Shown here: piece after piece, positions 47,033 through 60,000 of the stretch
Layout of the letters: the number at the start of each line of letters is the position of its first letter
Position numbering within the stretch: position 1 is the stretch's first letter
Source of the DNA: Isurus oxyrinchus
Lineage: Eukaryota
Reading direction: 5' to 3'
NCBI GenBank assembly: GCA_026770705.1
Contig: JANJGN010000026.1
Location: 38,254,001 to 38,318,000, forward strand
Length of the DNA: 64,000 bases
Notes under the pieces: generated by a model
What the model was told of the DNA's origin: nothing
Database searches by the model: none
Seen by the model: only the letters and a program-made list of their open reading frames with translations
Position numbers and translations under genes: made by a program

Positions 47033-47231
47033 TTTGTGAATGGATGATAATTTCTGAACTTAATTATTTGTCTTGTGAATTGATGGTAATTGGTGAATAT
47101 AATTATTTATCGTTGTGAATTGATGCTAATTGGTGAATATACTTATTTATCTTTGCGAATTGATGATAATTCTTGAATATAATTATTCACCTTTGGGAAT
47201 TGATAAAGGTTGGTGTTTATAATTATTTGCC
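47033..47231. repeat. 40-bp AT-rich minisatellite, ~5 copies
   Basis: ttgtgaattgatggtaattggtgaatataattatttatcg units. Confidence 0.85.
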
Positions 47232-47489
47232 TTTCTCCGCCTTTACGACCTTCTTCTCTGTTGAAAGATAAGATTCATTCCACAGGAGGTGAATGATACA
47301 AAAATCACCACACTATCTGAAAACAAAGCCGACAGGTGAGACTGCAACATCTACAGGCATATCTCACTCAGAGAGTCACGGAGAAGGCCATTTCTTGGGT
47401 CATGCTTTAAGCACATCATCTGGTTTCAGGCTGAAGCACAGTGTGATGTTTGTGTCAGATGATAAACTCTGGACATGATTTGCTCCATA

Positions 47490-48740
47490 CCCTAGATACT
47501 GTCAGCAGAGCAGGACTCTACAAGATTTTTGGGAAAATTGGCTGTTCACCAAAGCTCCCCAGTCTCATCCACTCCTTCCATGACAACATGCGCTGCACTG
47601 CACAGAGTGTTGATTCTTCTTCCGACAGATTCGGAGTGAAGAATGGAGTGAAACAGGCTTGTGTCCAACTCCCACTCTGTTGGGCACTTTTTTCATGCAG
47701 CTGATCTTTGTCTTCCCTGTCGATATGGAAGGAGTCGACTTACACACTCGATCAGACCGCAAGCTCCACAATCTTTTAGACAGAAAGCGAAGACAAAAAC
47801 ACATTGAATCCTGATCAGAGAATTCCTCCACGCTGATAACTCTGTCATCAAAACGGAAACTTATCCACAAGGACTGATGAACTGACTGTCCCAAGCCTGT
47901 AACTTGTTCTCCCTGCCTATAAACATGGAGAAAACCGTGGTCATGGGATAAGGTGTTGCATTTCCGTCATTGATCACACTAAATAACAAACGGATGGAAG
48001 TAAATTCTGCTCCCTGGATTCCATGGTGCTAGGCAGCCTGTTCCTTGATGAAGAACCTGATACCCACATGGGGAAAGCAGCTGCCACCTTTGCCTGACTC
48101 AAGAAACGCCCCTGGAATAACATCAAACTGACCCTTAGGACCAAGCTGATGGCTTTTAAGGTTTGTGTACTCAGCACCTTGTTGAATGGCTGTGAAACAT
48201 GGGCGATTTACCGTTATCAAGTAAAGAAGCTCCACAATTTCCATCTTCAATACCTGCTGCGCATTATGGGTATTTACTGGCTGGATAAAGTCACGAATGC
48301 AGTGATACTCTCAAAGGCAGAGCTCCTAAGGCTGAAGAACTCATTAAACAGAAGTGGTTTTTGTGGCTTGTGAACATTCGCAGATGGAAGATGGTCACAG
48401 ACACAAGGATTTTCTGTTTGGTGAGGGAGCTGGAGGCAGACAACCAGTGGGATGCCCAAAGCTCTGCTTCAAGGCTGCTTGAAGTGAAGGCCCTAAATAT
48501 CGATTCTCACAACTGAGTGTAACTAACTGACCACTGAGGAAAATGGCGACACCTCCTGTGGATTGGCGTGAATCACCACGATGACCAGCTGCTAAAGCGG
48601 TTTGGAAATCGAGGCCAACACTGGGAAAAAAAATCTAGCCACAACGACACTTTGTAGCTTCATGTGCAGCACTTGTGGCAGAGCCTGCCTCATAATGATT
48701 GAACTCCTTAGCAATCAGCACATCTGAAATGGGTTTGTTT
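47490..48740 (+). mobile_element. RTE-clade LINE reverse-transcriptase relic
   Basis: DTVSRAGLYKI.GKIGC.PKL..LIHSFHDNM..GVKQ.C and LSTLLNGCETW..Y..KKLHNFHL..L.RI motifs. Confidence 0.85.
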
Positions 48741-49654
48741 CCATTGTGTGTCTGTGACCTTTCATAGATGGAATGTTGTCCAGAATCTTCGTGAATTTCA
48801 GTTGCAAACAATGTGATGTGCTTCTTGCTCTTTCTCTCCCTCCCAATCTCCCTCATACACACACAGACCAAAATGGCATCTTGTGCTTCAACTTAAGATG
48901 TCACCTTGACTTCCTGGGAGGCTCCATAGCCCTTAACTATTGAAGAAAATGACCCTAACGGTCTATCAGGTGGTATCATGAACTAATAAACTCTTCCCAA
49001 GACTATATTTGTTGAGGTGGATTTTAAAGCTCCCGCCAACTCTATACAGCTCCCTGGTCAACATCCCTCCCTTTGATCAAGATGAACAAAGTTACATCAC
49101 CAGGAATTGGGCCGCATTATTCTGGTGCTGACTTTAACATGCGTTAATCAAACACGTTCAGCTGTAATTAGTTGAATTTTGTTAAATTTTGACACCTCCC
49201 GCAGAAGGCAATGTGGTATTACATCTAGGAAAGTGGATTCTTGATACAATAATGTCAAAGATCTAACCTGACAGCGACATTTTCACAGTAGCTAGAATTG
49301 CAAAGTTTGGCCAGCAGATGGACATGAAAACTTGATGGACACATTCTATAAAACAGGCATTGACTCAGTTAATACTGAGACAGGGACCCTGTCTCTGTCT
49401 TTTTAAATTGAACTCCATTTATTTTTATGTTAGACCAAACACTCTCTCTTTATATTTCAATGTACCCTGTTTCAATTAATACTGCACCAGTCAGTACCAA
49501 TATTTATATCATACAGTCCGGAAGTTCCTAATTCAAACCGATCAGATTTACCTCTGCAGTCCTGTCACATCCAGTTGTAAATGGTGGTGGACAAGTAAAC
49601 AAATAACTGGAGAATGGGGCTCCACAAAGTTGTGGCTCTGGAGTTACATGTATG

Positions 49655-50150
49655 GGAGGTGGTGATGTGCTGCTATTCTCACTGGACTAGTAAATAGCTG
49701 GGGGTCTGGGTTTGAATCCCACCACGGTAGGTGGTGAAATTTGAATCAAAAAATCTAATGATGACCATGAAACCATTGTCGTAAAAACCCAGCCTAACAA
49801 GCTGGTGTTCTCAAGGGGCCATTTAGGGATGGGCAATAAATGCTGGCCTAGCCAGCGCCGCCCCCATTCTCATGAATGAACAAACAAAAAATGTAGTCCT
49901 GACTAGGTAAGGAGGGCAGATTACCTTACCTAAAGGACATTGGTGAACCAGGTGGATATTTATGATATTTGATTATAGTTTCATGGTCACCATTATTGAG
50001 ACGAGCTTTCAATTCCAGATTTATTAATCGAATTTGGATTCCACATGCTGCCATAATGGGATTCAAACCCCTATCCCCAGGGAAAAGGCTTGGATCTCTG
50101 GGTTAATGATCCAGTGACGTTCCCACTGTACGATCGTCCCTCCCATGTTA
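49655..50150. mobile_element. Two SINE copies, tail-to-tail
   Basis: Plus copy ~49655-49890, minus copy ~49895-50150, both matching 6630-6945. Confidence 0.6.
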
Positions 50151-50254
50151 TACAGGATCCTGGTTCAATTATTAATTCCCTGAGAACTACATTATTTCTA
50201 TTGTGCTGGATCAGGCCTCTGTTTGTATTAAAATAGACCCTATCTCATTAATAA

Positions 50255-50630
50255 CAAAACAAAAACAGAATTACCTGGAAAAACTCAGCAGGTCTGGCAG
50301 CATCGGCGGAGAAGAAAAGAGTTGATGTTTCGAGTCCTCATGACCCTTCTCATTAATGTTCCACTGGAAGCCATCTCAGTTTGTATTGCACTGGATTCTT
50401 TCTCTGTTTATATTACACTAGGCCCTGTCTCTGTTAATGATATGTTAAATCTTGACTATGTCTACATTATAGTGGTCACTGTAACTATGGCACTAGGCTA
50501 CGTTTCTGAAGAAGAGTCATATGCACTCGAAATATTAACTCTGTTTCTCTCTCCACAGATGCTGTCCAACCTGTTGAGTTTGTCCAGCATTTTCTGTCTT
50601 TATTTCAGATTTCCAGCATTTGCAGCATTT
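50255..50630. mobile_element. Inverted pair of Penelope-like terminal repeats flanking 27-bp-family sequence
   Basis: Minus copy 50255-50355, plus copy 50500-50630 with CTGAAGA-A-GAGT..ACTC-GAAA core. Confidence 0.55.
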
Positions 50631-50869
50631 TATTTTTATCTATGCCTCTGTTTAAATTATGGTTGCTTTACTCCATGTTTCTGTGAGATGGCGAGATAAT
50701 ATGATAAATAAAGACGTTAGGCTAGAAATCGGTATCTGGCAGTAGCCTGAAAGGATGGTATCGGATCGGCCGTATATGCTACGCAGTACTTGATATTCAT
50801 TTTCAGTGCAGTCAGCAGAATTAGATTTCAGATATCCCTTCTGTTCCTGCGCCAAATGCCAATTTCCCT

Positions 50870-51960
50870 CCTACGGAGTGGTATGTGTAGGCGGATGGAG
50901 GGCATTGTGTTCCCATGTGCTTGTTGCCCTTGTTATTCTGGGAGGTGGAGGTCACAGGTATGGAAGGTGTTGTTGAAGAGGCATTGGCGAGTTGCTGCAG
51001 TGCATCTTGTGGATGGTACACACTGCAGCCACTGTGTGTCGGTGGCTAAGAGAGTGAATGTTTAACTGTTGGATAAGGAGCCTATCAAGGGCTTGATTTC
51101 CCCTGGTTGGTGTGGAGGTTCTTGAATATTGCTGCAGCTACATTTGTCAAGGAAAGTAAACAATTTCTAACAGGTATCTGACTTGGAGATTTGCAGATGG
51201 TGGAAAGGCTTCAGGGAATCCGGAGGTGAATTATTCGTCACAGGATTCCCAACCTCTGACCTACTCTTCTAGCCACAGTATTTATACGGCTGGTCCAGTT
51301 CAGTTTCTGTTCAATGGCACCTGCACATCGTTGATGGTGAGTTTCAACGACAGTAATGTCTTTTGAACATCAAGCGGAGATGTTTGGTTTCTTTATTGTT
51401 GGAGTTGGTCATTGCCTGGCACTTGTGTGCCGCTTATATCACTTGCAATTTATCAATGCAAACTTGTCCAGTTCGAGAAGCAATAAGTAAGGACGGTTTC
51501 ATTATCTGAGAGGTCATAAATGGAACTGAACTCTGTGAAAATATGAGCGAACATCCCCACTCCTGACCCGTTGATGAAGGGAAGGTCATTGATCAAGCTG
51601 CTGAAGATGGTTGGACCAACGACAATTCTCTGAGAGACTCCTGGAACTGGTGCTGAGAATGATTGGTCTCCAACAACCACAACATCTTCATATGCGCTAG
51701 GTGTGACTCCAGCCAGTGGAGAGATTTGCTCCTGATTCCCGTTGACCTAACACTTTCCAAGGCTTCCTGATGCCACACTCAGTTAATAGCTACTTTCACA
51801 TCAAGTACTGAAGCACTCATACATCATGTCCGGAAGTTCGCTCTCTTGTCCATGTTCAGACCAAGTTTGCAATGAGCTTTGATGCTGGCTGATCCGGGTG
51901 GATCCAGTCTGAGCTTTGGTGAGCAGGTCGGCGACACCTTCAGTCACTTTACTGATGATT
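50870..51960 (-). mobile_element. CR1-group LINE RT relic
   Basis: WHQEAL..GIRSKSLHWLESHLA..VVGDQS..GPTIFS..INDLP..GMFA motifs. Confidence 0.75.
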
Positions 51961-52129
51961 GAGAGTAGACTGATTGAGCTGCAAGGGGACAGACCTGATC
52001 TGTTGTCCATTATGTACAGCGCTCTATCTTTGCACTATGTTCATCATTTTCAGGTATGCCTGGTCTTGCTTCTGACCTGCTGGCCTACATTCCTCATTGT
52101 TCCCAGACTGGATGTTGGACTCATAAACT

Positions 52130-52790
52130 CATTGACGTTTACAGCACAGATGTAGGCCATTCGGCCCAACATTTCCGCCCCGGTAAAGAAAGATCTGACT
52201 ACACTAATCCCATTTTCCCGCACTTGGCCCATAGCCCTGGAGCTATGGCAGCTTAAGTGAACATTTAAATCTTTCTTAAATGTTACTAGAGTTTCTGACT
52301 CAACCACCCTTTCGGGCAGTGAGTTCCAAATTTCTACCACCCTCTGGGTGAAAAAGATTCTCCTCAACTCCCCTCTTAGCTTTCTACCTCTTATCTAAAA
52401 TCTCTGCTCTCTGGTTTTTGACCTCTCTCCTAATGGAAAAGGTGCCTTCTTATCTACCCTACCTATGCCTCTCAGCAGCCCCTCAACCATCGTTGCTCCA
52501 AGGAAAACAGCCCAGCATATCCAATCTTTCCTCAGAGTTCAAATATTCCAGCCCAGACAGCATCTAGGTAAATCTCCTCTGCACTCTCTCCAGTGCAGTC
52601 ACATACTTCCTAGAACTGTGGTGACCAGAACTGCAGTAGTGCTCCAGTTGTGGCCTAACCAACGTTTTATACAGTTCCAGCATAACCTCCCTGCTCTTGT
52701 GTTTTATACCTCAGCTAATAAAGGCAAGTAACCCATATGCCTTCTTAACCACCTCATCTACCTGCTCTGCTACCTTTAGGAATCTGTGGA
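52130..52790 (-). mobile_element. CR1 LINE 3' end
   Basis: RRIFFTQRVVEIWNSLPERVVE.ETL..FKK motif and 3' UTR. Confidence 0.8.
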
Positions 52791-53344
52791 TATGCACACT
52801 AATGTTTGAGTGAGGGATATTCTGGTCCATGAGATTACAGGGTGTCATTGAATGCAACTATCCTGCTGTTAATGACCAACAGCATCTCGTTGATGCTAAG
52901 TTTTGAGCTGCTAGATCTGTTCTGAATGTATCCCGTTTAGCACAGTGGCAGTGCTGCACAACACAATGGAGAATGTGCTCAGTGTGAATACCGGCCTGGG
53001 TTTCCGCAAGGACAGTGCAGGGGTCAATCACATCGATGTCAATAGTGTGGTGGGCCGGAGATCAGGTAAGGGTTTCCCTCATGTTGGCTCTCTAACCATC
53101 TGTGGCAGGTCCATCCTGTCAGATACGTCATTCAGGACTCATCCAGCTCCGGCATTCTTGGTCTTGTCAAATGGTAATTGATTTTGCAAATTCACAGCAT
53201 ATTCGTTGCCCTTGCTACCCTCAGTGTTTCTTCGACGCAGTGCTAAAGATGAAGGAGTACAGATTCATCAGCTGAGGGAGGGCAATAGGTGGTAATCACC
53301 TGGAGGTATCTCCACCCAGATCTTATCTGGTTCTGTGGGACTTC

Positions 53345-54740
53345 AATATGATGTCAATATTGCTGCTCTCCACCATGTCTCTGTTAATATTACACTCAGC
53401 CTGTCTCATTGTTACTGCTCTAGTCCGTGTTTCTGTTTCTGTAATACTAGACCCTGTCTCAGTATTGCTGCTCTCCACCATGCCTCTGTTTATACTACAC
53501 TGGGCCTGTCTCATTGTTACTGCTCTAGTTTATGTTTCTGTTTCTGTAACACTGGACTCTGTCTCAGTTATTGCTGCTCTCCACCATGTCTCTGTTCATA
53601 TTTTACTGGGCCTGCCTCTTTGTTACTGTTCTAGTCCATGTTTCTGTTTCTGTAACATTAGGTCCTGTCTTAGTTATTTATGTAATTGTCCTCTGTTTAC
53701 ATTACATTAGTATATTCCCTTACTTTATTGCACTAGAGCCTGAAAATAGGAGTTAAATGGTTTAATTTAAACAGCTGTAAGATAAGAGATGTCTGTGGAT
53801 CATGAACACAAATCTGGGATGCAGGGAGGGCAAGTCATAACATCTAAATAGGGACCCATGTTAATTGTTCCCACCATCTTGCTGCCTTATCTTCACTATT
53901 TCCACCCCAGCCAATTTCCACATTATGGCACGTGGGTAGTGCAGTAATAACAGAGGCAGGGTCTAATGTAATTTAAATACAGATATGATCTAGCACAGAA
54001 CTGAGACAGTGGCTACCGAAATACAGAGACAGTTCTAGATGAATATATACAGAGACAGGTCAATTATAATATAAACACAGACAGGGCCTTGTTTAATATA
54101 AGCAAAGACAGGATCTAGAGTAATATAAACAGAAACGGGGTCCCGTGCAATATAAATAGAGACAGAGTCTAGTGTATTATAAACATACAGGGCCCAGTTT
54201 AATATAAACAGGGGCATGGCCTAGTGCAATATAAACAGAGACCGGATCTAATGTAATATAAACAGATACAGCGTCTAGTGCAAAATAAACAAAGGCATGT
54301 CAAGTATAATATTAACAGAGACATGCCGAGTGTAATATAAACACTGACATATCAAGTGTAATACAAACAGGGGCAGAGCCTAGTATAATATAAACAGAGA
54401 CACGGTCTAATGTAATGTAAACCAAAACAGGGATCAGTGTAACATAAACAGAAACAGGGTCTAGTGTAATATAAACCGGGGCAGGGCCTAGTGCAATATA
54501 AACAGAGACAGCATCTCGTGCAATATAAACAGAGGCATGTCGAATATAAGGAGACATGGTGAGTGCCATATAAACAGGGGCAGGGCCGAGTGAAATGTAA
54601 ACAGAGACACCGTCCAGTGCAATATAAACAGAGACATGTCAGATGCAATATAAACAGGGACAGGGCCTAGTGCAATACAAACAGTGGCAGGGTCAACTGT
54701 AATATAAACAGAGACAGGGTCACGGTCGAACGCAATATCG
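53345..54740. repeat. 27-bp-family minisatellite blocks (plus 53345-53720, minus 53950-54740)
   Basis: Unit gcactaggccctgtctctgtttatatt; related to the 54-bp satellite. Confidence 0.8.
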
Positions 54741-55745
54741 AGACAGGGTCTACTGTCCCATCAAACACTCCTAGGATAGGTGCAGCATGGGGCTAGGCAC
54801 AGAATTTAAAGCTACCTCTACATTGTCACATTGAACACTCCCAGGGAAGATGCAGCACGGGTTAGAGAGAGAGAAACTCCCTCAACACTGTCACCATGAA
54901 ACATTCCCGGGGCAGGTACAGCAAGGGTTAGATACGGTTGGACACGGTCTAGTGTAATGCATAAACAAGGCCCATGGCTCCATCAAACAGCCCCAGGACA
55001 GGTGTAGCATGGGGCTACATTAATAATGTAAAGTTCCCTCTACATTGCCACATGAAAATCTCCCAATGCAGGTATAGCACGGGTTAGATTCAGAGTGAAT
55101 CTCCCTCGACACTGTCACCATCAAACATTTCCAGGACAGGTGCAGCACAGTTCAGAAACAGGGTAAACTTCCTCTACATTGTCTGCTCAAACACAGTTGA
55201 GGCATTTAGGGTAAGGGTTCTATGCAGTGTAAGGCTTCTTCTGCACTCTTCATCAGACATTTCCCAGGCAGCTCGACACTGGGGACAGGTAAAGAGGAAA
55301 GCTGCCTCTGAACCGTCACATCAGGTATTTCCAGGGCTTAGCTAGGGGCAAATCCCCCTCTACAGTGTCTACAGCCATGTCAAATATAGAGTAGTTTAGA
55401 TGCAGAGTAAAGCTCCCTCTAAACGGCCCTATCAATCAGGTATAGCACAGTTTAGATACAGAGTAAATCTCCCTCTACACAGTCGTATCAAACACTCCCA
55501 GGGCAGTCACAGTGTAGGTTAGATGCAAAGTAAAGCTCCCTCTACACTGTCCCATCAGACACTCCAAAGGCAGGAACAGCACGGGTTAGATACAGGGAAA
55601 GGTCCTTCGGCACGGCCACATCAAATCTTCGCTACTGGCTGCAACACAGGTTAGATACAGAGTAAAGTTTCATCTGCAGTTTCCCACCAAGCACTCTCAA
55701 GTCAGTAAATGCTCAAAACAGATTTAGAATAAAGTTCCCTCTACG
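54740..55745. repeat. ~68-bp tandem repeat, about 15 diverged copies
   Basis: gggttagatacagagtaaagctccctctacactgtcccatcaaacactcccaggacaggtacagcac. Confidence 0.85.
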
Positions 55746-57009
55746 GATTATAATTCATTTCATTTGATCAATTTAGTTTGAAGTGTATGAATCGGTCTGA
55801 GAGAATATATTGGCTAGACATTGACTTCATGTTGTGGAGTAAAGACAGTGACCCATGGTGGAAAGACAAGACAAAGTACCAGAGAGGAGAAAGAGACAGA
55901 GAGAGAGAGAGGATACAGGACATCCCTACAAACACATTTGCCATGACATTATATTTCATGATAAGTGGGAATCTTACTTAATTCTGAACATAGATATCAT
56001 CGTGACATAATTCTCATATAACTGATTTTAAAAATGCCCCAAAAAAATTGCTACTGAAATCGGTTGATGTATTTGCATGTTTGACTCTATTTCTGTGCTC
56101 TATTGATGGGGAAATATTTGCTGTGCTTTTGTGTATCCAGAATCTAATCTGGGACTTCTATTTCTGTGTTTATTTACATAAACGCCTCATTGGTTTCAAT
56201 GAAGTGTTCATGGCAGCAATACCAGATAAACACAGACACTTATTGATTGGTTTCAACTCAAAACAAGCGTTTATTTTAAGAATATTGCCAGTTGGTATAA
56301 AATTAATAGAAACGTTTTCAACATCCATTAGAACAGATGTTATTTATTTCAAATAATTAAAAATACATTTAAATTAATAATTCAATTCTGAAAGTTCTAC
56401 TGTCACAATCAATGATGAATATTTGAACAGGCTGGGATTACACTCAATGTCAATTTGTTGGAAGATTTAACTGATTAAAAATGGACAATTTAAAACAGCA
56501 GCCACAGGAGCGACCTATAATCATATTAATCTCAGAGTTTTCAACATATCACAACTAGCATTTTGAAATGTTAACATTTAGGAAGAATTTACATTTATAG
56601 AACGCAGCTTATGACCCCAGGGCATCCTAAAGCCCTTGAAATTCGTTGATGTACATTTGTTGAAGTTTTGTCACTGCTGTAATATTGGAAATCCATCCGG
56701 TGATTTGTGCACAGCAAGCTCCCACGAATAGAGCTGCGAAAAATGATGAGATAATATGTGATTTTAGTTGAAGAATGAATACTGGACTAGGACAGTGGGG
56801 AGAACAGTCCTGCTCTATAGATTGGTACTAAGGGAGATGTTGCACCTGTCATCGGCCTGAACGTTTGACCTGTTTCTCTCTCTATTGATGCCCACTGACC
56901 TGCTGAGTGGTTATTTTTTGCCCTGCCTTAGATTTCCCAAACCTGCAGTATTTTGCAGTGTTTTAATTCGTTCTTGGGATATGGCGTCAATGATGAAGTA
57001 TTTCTTGCA

Positions 57010-60000
57010 CTTGGCCCTGTCTCAGTTTATTCTAGTCCAGACCATATATCAGGAATCACTGCACTAGACACTGTCTCAGTTTATATTAATTTAGACCCTG
57101 TATCATTAATTGCTGCAGTGGACCCTGTCTCAGTTTACATTAATCTAGACCCTGTGTCAGTCATCTCTGTACTGGACATTGAGTTTGTATTAATCTACAC
57201 CCTGCATCAGTAACCACTGCACTAGGTCCTGTCTCAGTTTATATTAATCTTGACCCTGTATTAGTAATGACTGCTCTAGGCCCTGATTCAGTTTATATTA
57301 GTCCAGACCCTCTAACAGTAATCATTGGAAAGGACACTGTCTCAGTTTATATTGATCCTGATCCTGTATCATTAATTACTACACCTGTCTCAGTTGATAT
57401 TGATCCTGATCCTGTATCATTAATTCCTGCACTAGCCCCTGTCCTAGTTTATAATAATCTCGTCCCTATGTCAGTAATCACAGCACTCGGCCCTGTCACA
57501 GTTTGTATTAATCTAGATTCTGTGCCAGTAATCACTGCACGAGACGCTGTTTCCCTTGATATTGATCTAGACCTGTATCAGTAATCAGTTTATATTATCA
57601 CAGAATCACACAGTGCAGAAGAGGCCCTTTGGCCCATCGAGTCTGCACCGACACGTGAAAAATACCTGACCTACCTGCCTAATCCCATTTATCAGCACTT
57701 GGCCCATAGCCTTGAATGTTATGACATGCCAAGTGCTCATCCAAGTACTTTTTAAAGGATGTAAGGCAACCCACCTCCACCACCCTCCCAGGCAGTGCAT
57801 TCCAGACCATCACCACCCTCCGGGTAAAAAAGTTTTTCCTCAAAAGCCCCCTAAACCTCCTGCCTCTCACCTTGAACTTATGTCTCCTTGTGACTGACCC
57901 TTCAACTAAGGGCAACAGCTGCTCCCTATTCACCCTGTCCACACCCCTCAGAATTTTGTACACCTCAATCAGGTCTCCCCTCAGTCTTCTCTGCTCCAAT
58001 GAAAACAACCCAAGTCTATCTAATCTCTCTTCATAACTTAAATGTTTCATACCAGGCAACATCCTGGTGAATCTCCTCTGCATCCTCTTCAGTGCATCAC
58101 ATCCTTCCTATAATGTGGCGACCAGAACTGCATATGGTACTCAAGCTGTGACCTCACCAAGGTTTTATACAAGTCTAATATGGCCTTCCTACTTTTGTAA
58201 TCTATACCTCGATTGATAAAGTCAAGTGTTCCATATGCCTTTTTCACCACCCCACTAAGATGCCCCTCCGCCTTCAGAGACCTATGGACACACATGCCAA
58301 GGTCCCTTTGTTCCTCAGAACTTCCTAGTGTCATCCCATTCATAGTCAAATTACTCCTTCCAAGGTGTATCACCTCGCACTTTTCAGTGCTAAATTCCAT
58401 CTGCCACTTATCTGCCCATTTGACCATTCCATCTATATCTTCCTGTAGCCCAAAACACTCAACATCACTGTTAACCAACCAGCTAATCTCTGTATCCTCC
58501 GCAAACTTACTAATCCTACCCCACATGTAGGCATCTACTTTCGTTTATATAAATAACAAATAATCGGGGACCCAGCACGGATCCCTGTGGTACACCACTG
58601 GACACTGGCTTCCAGTCAGTAAAGCGTCTTTCTGTCATCACCCTCTGTCTCCTACAACTAAGCCAATTTTAGAATTATATTCTTCCCTGCCTCAGTTTTT
58701 ATCAATCTAGACCCTGTATCTGTAATCACTGTACTAGACCTTGTCTTTCTTACATTACCTTAGAGCATCAGTAATCACTGCACTATGCCCTGCCACAGTT
58801 TATATTGAGCTAGACCATGTATCAGTAGTCTCTGCACTAGATCTGTCTCAGAATATAATAATCTAGATCCTGTATCTGTAATCTCTGTACTTGAGGCTCT
58901 CTCAGTTTATACTAATCTAGACCCTGTAACGTTACTTACTGCACTAGGCCCTGTCTCAGTTTTTATCAATCAAGACCCTGGATCAGTAATCACTGCAACA
59001 GACCCTGTCTCAGATTATATTGATCTAGACCCCACATTAGTTATCTCTGCACTAAACTCTGTCTCACTTTACATTAGCCTAGTCCCTTTATCAGTAATCA
59101 CTGCACTAGATCCAGCCTCAGTTTATATTAATTTAGTCCCTGCAGCAGTCATCACTGCAAGAGCTCCTGTCTCAGTTGTATTTATCTAGGCCCTGTACCA
59201 GTGAACATTTCACCAGGCTCTGTCTCAGTTTATGTTGATTCAGACCCTGCATCAGTAATTACTGCACAAGAGCCTGTCTCAGTTTATATTATTCAAGACC
59301 CTGTTTCAGTAAACATTGCACTCGACCCTGTTCTGGTATTAATAATTTGCACCCTAAACCTAAAAGCACTGCACTGGACTGTTTCTCAGTTTATATTAAT
59401 CTAAAGCCTGTACCTGTAATCACTGCAATAGGCCCTGTCCCATTTTATATGCATCAAATCCTGTTACACAACTCACAGCACCAGGCCTTGTCTCAGTTTA
59501 TATCAATCTAGACCCTATACCAGTAATCACTACACTAGACGCAAGTCATTTTATATCAATTTGGACCTTATACCAGTAATCACTGCACTTGAACCTCTCT
59601 GAGTTTATATTAATCTCGGCGCTTTATCAGTAATCCCTGAACGATGTCCTGCCTCAGGTTTTTTTTTATCAATCTAGACCCTGTATCAGTTATCACTGCC
59701 TCATCCCAGTTATATTTATCTAGGCCCTATATCAATTAACACTTCACCAGGTCCTTCCTCAGTTTATGTTAGTCCAGACCTTGTATCAGTAATTACTGTA
59801 CAAGAGCCTGTCTCAGTTTATATTAATCAAGCCCCTTTTACAGTAATCACTGCACTCGTCCCTGTTCTGGTTATAATAAACTGCACACTGAATCTATAAT
59901 CACTGCACTTGGCCCACTCTCAGTTTCTATTAACCTAGACCCTGTATCGGTAATCACTGCAGTAGGCCCTGCCTCAGTTCATATTTATCTTGGCCCTGTA

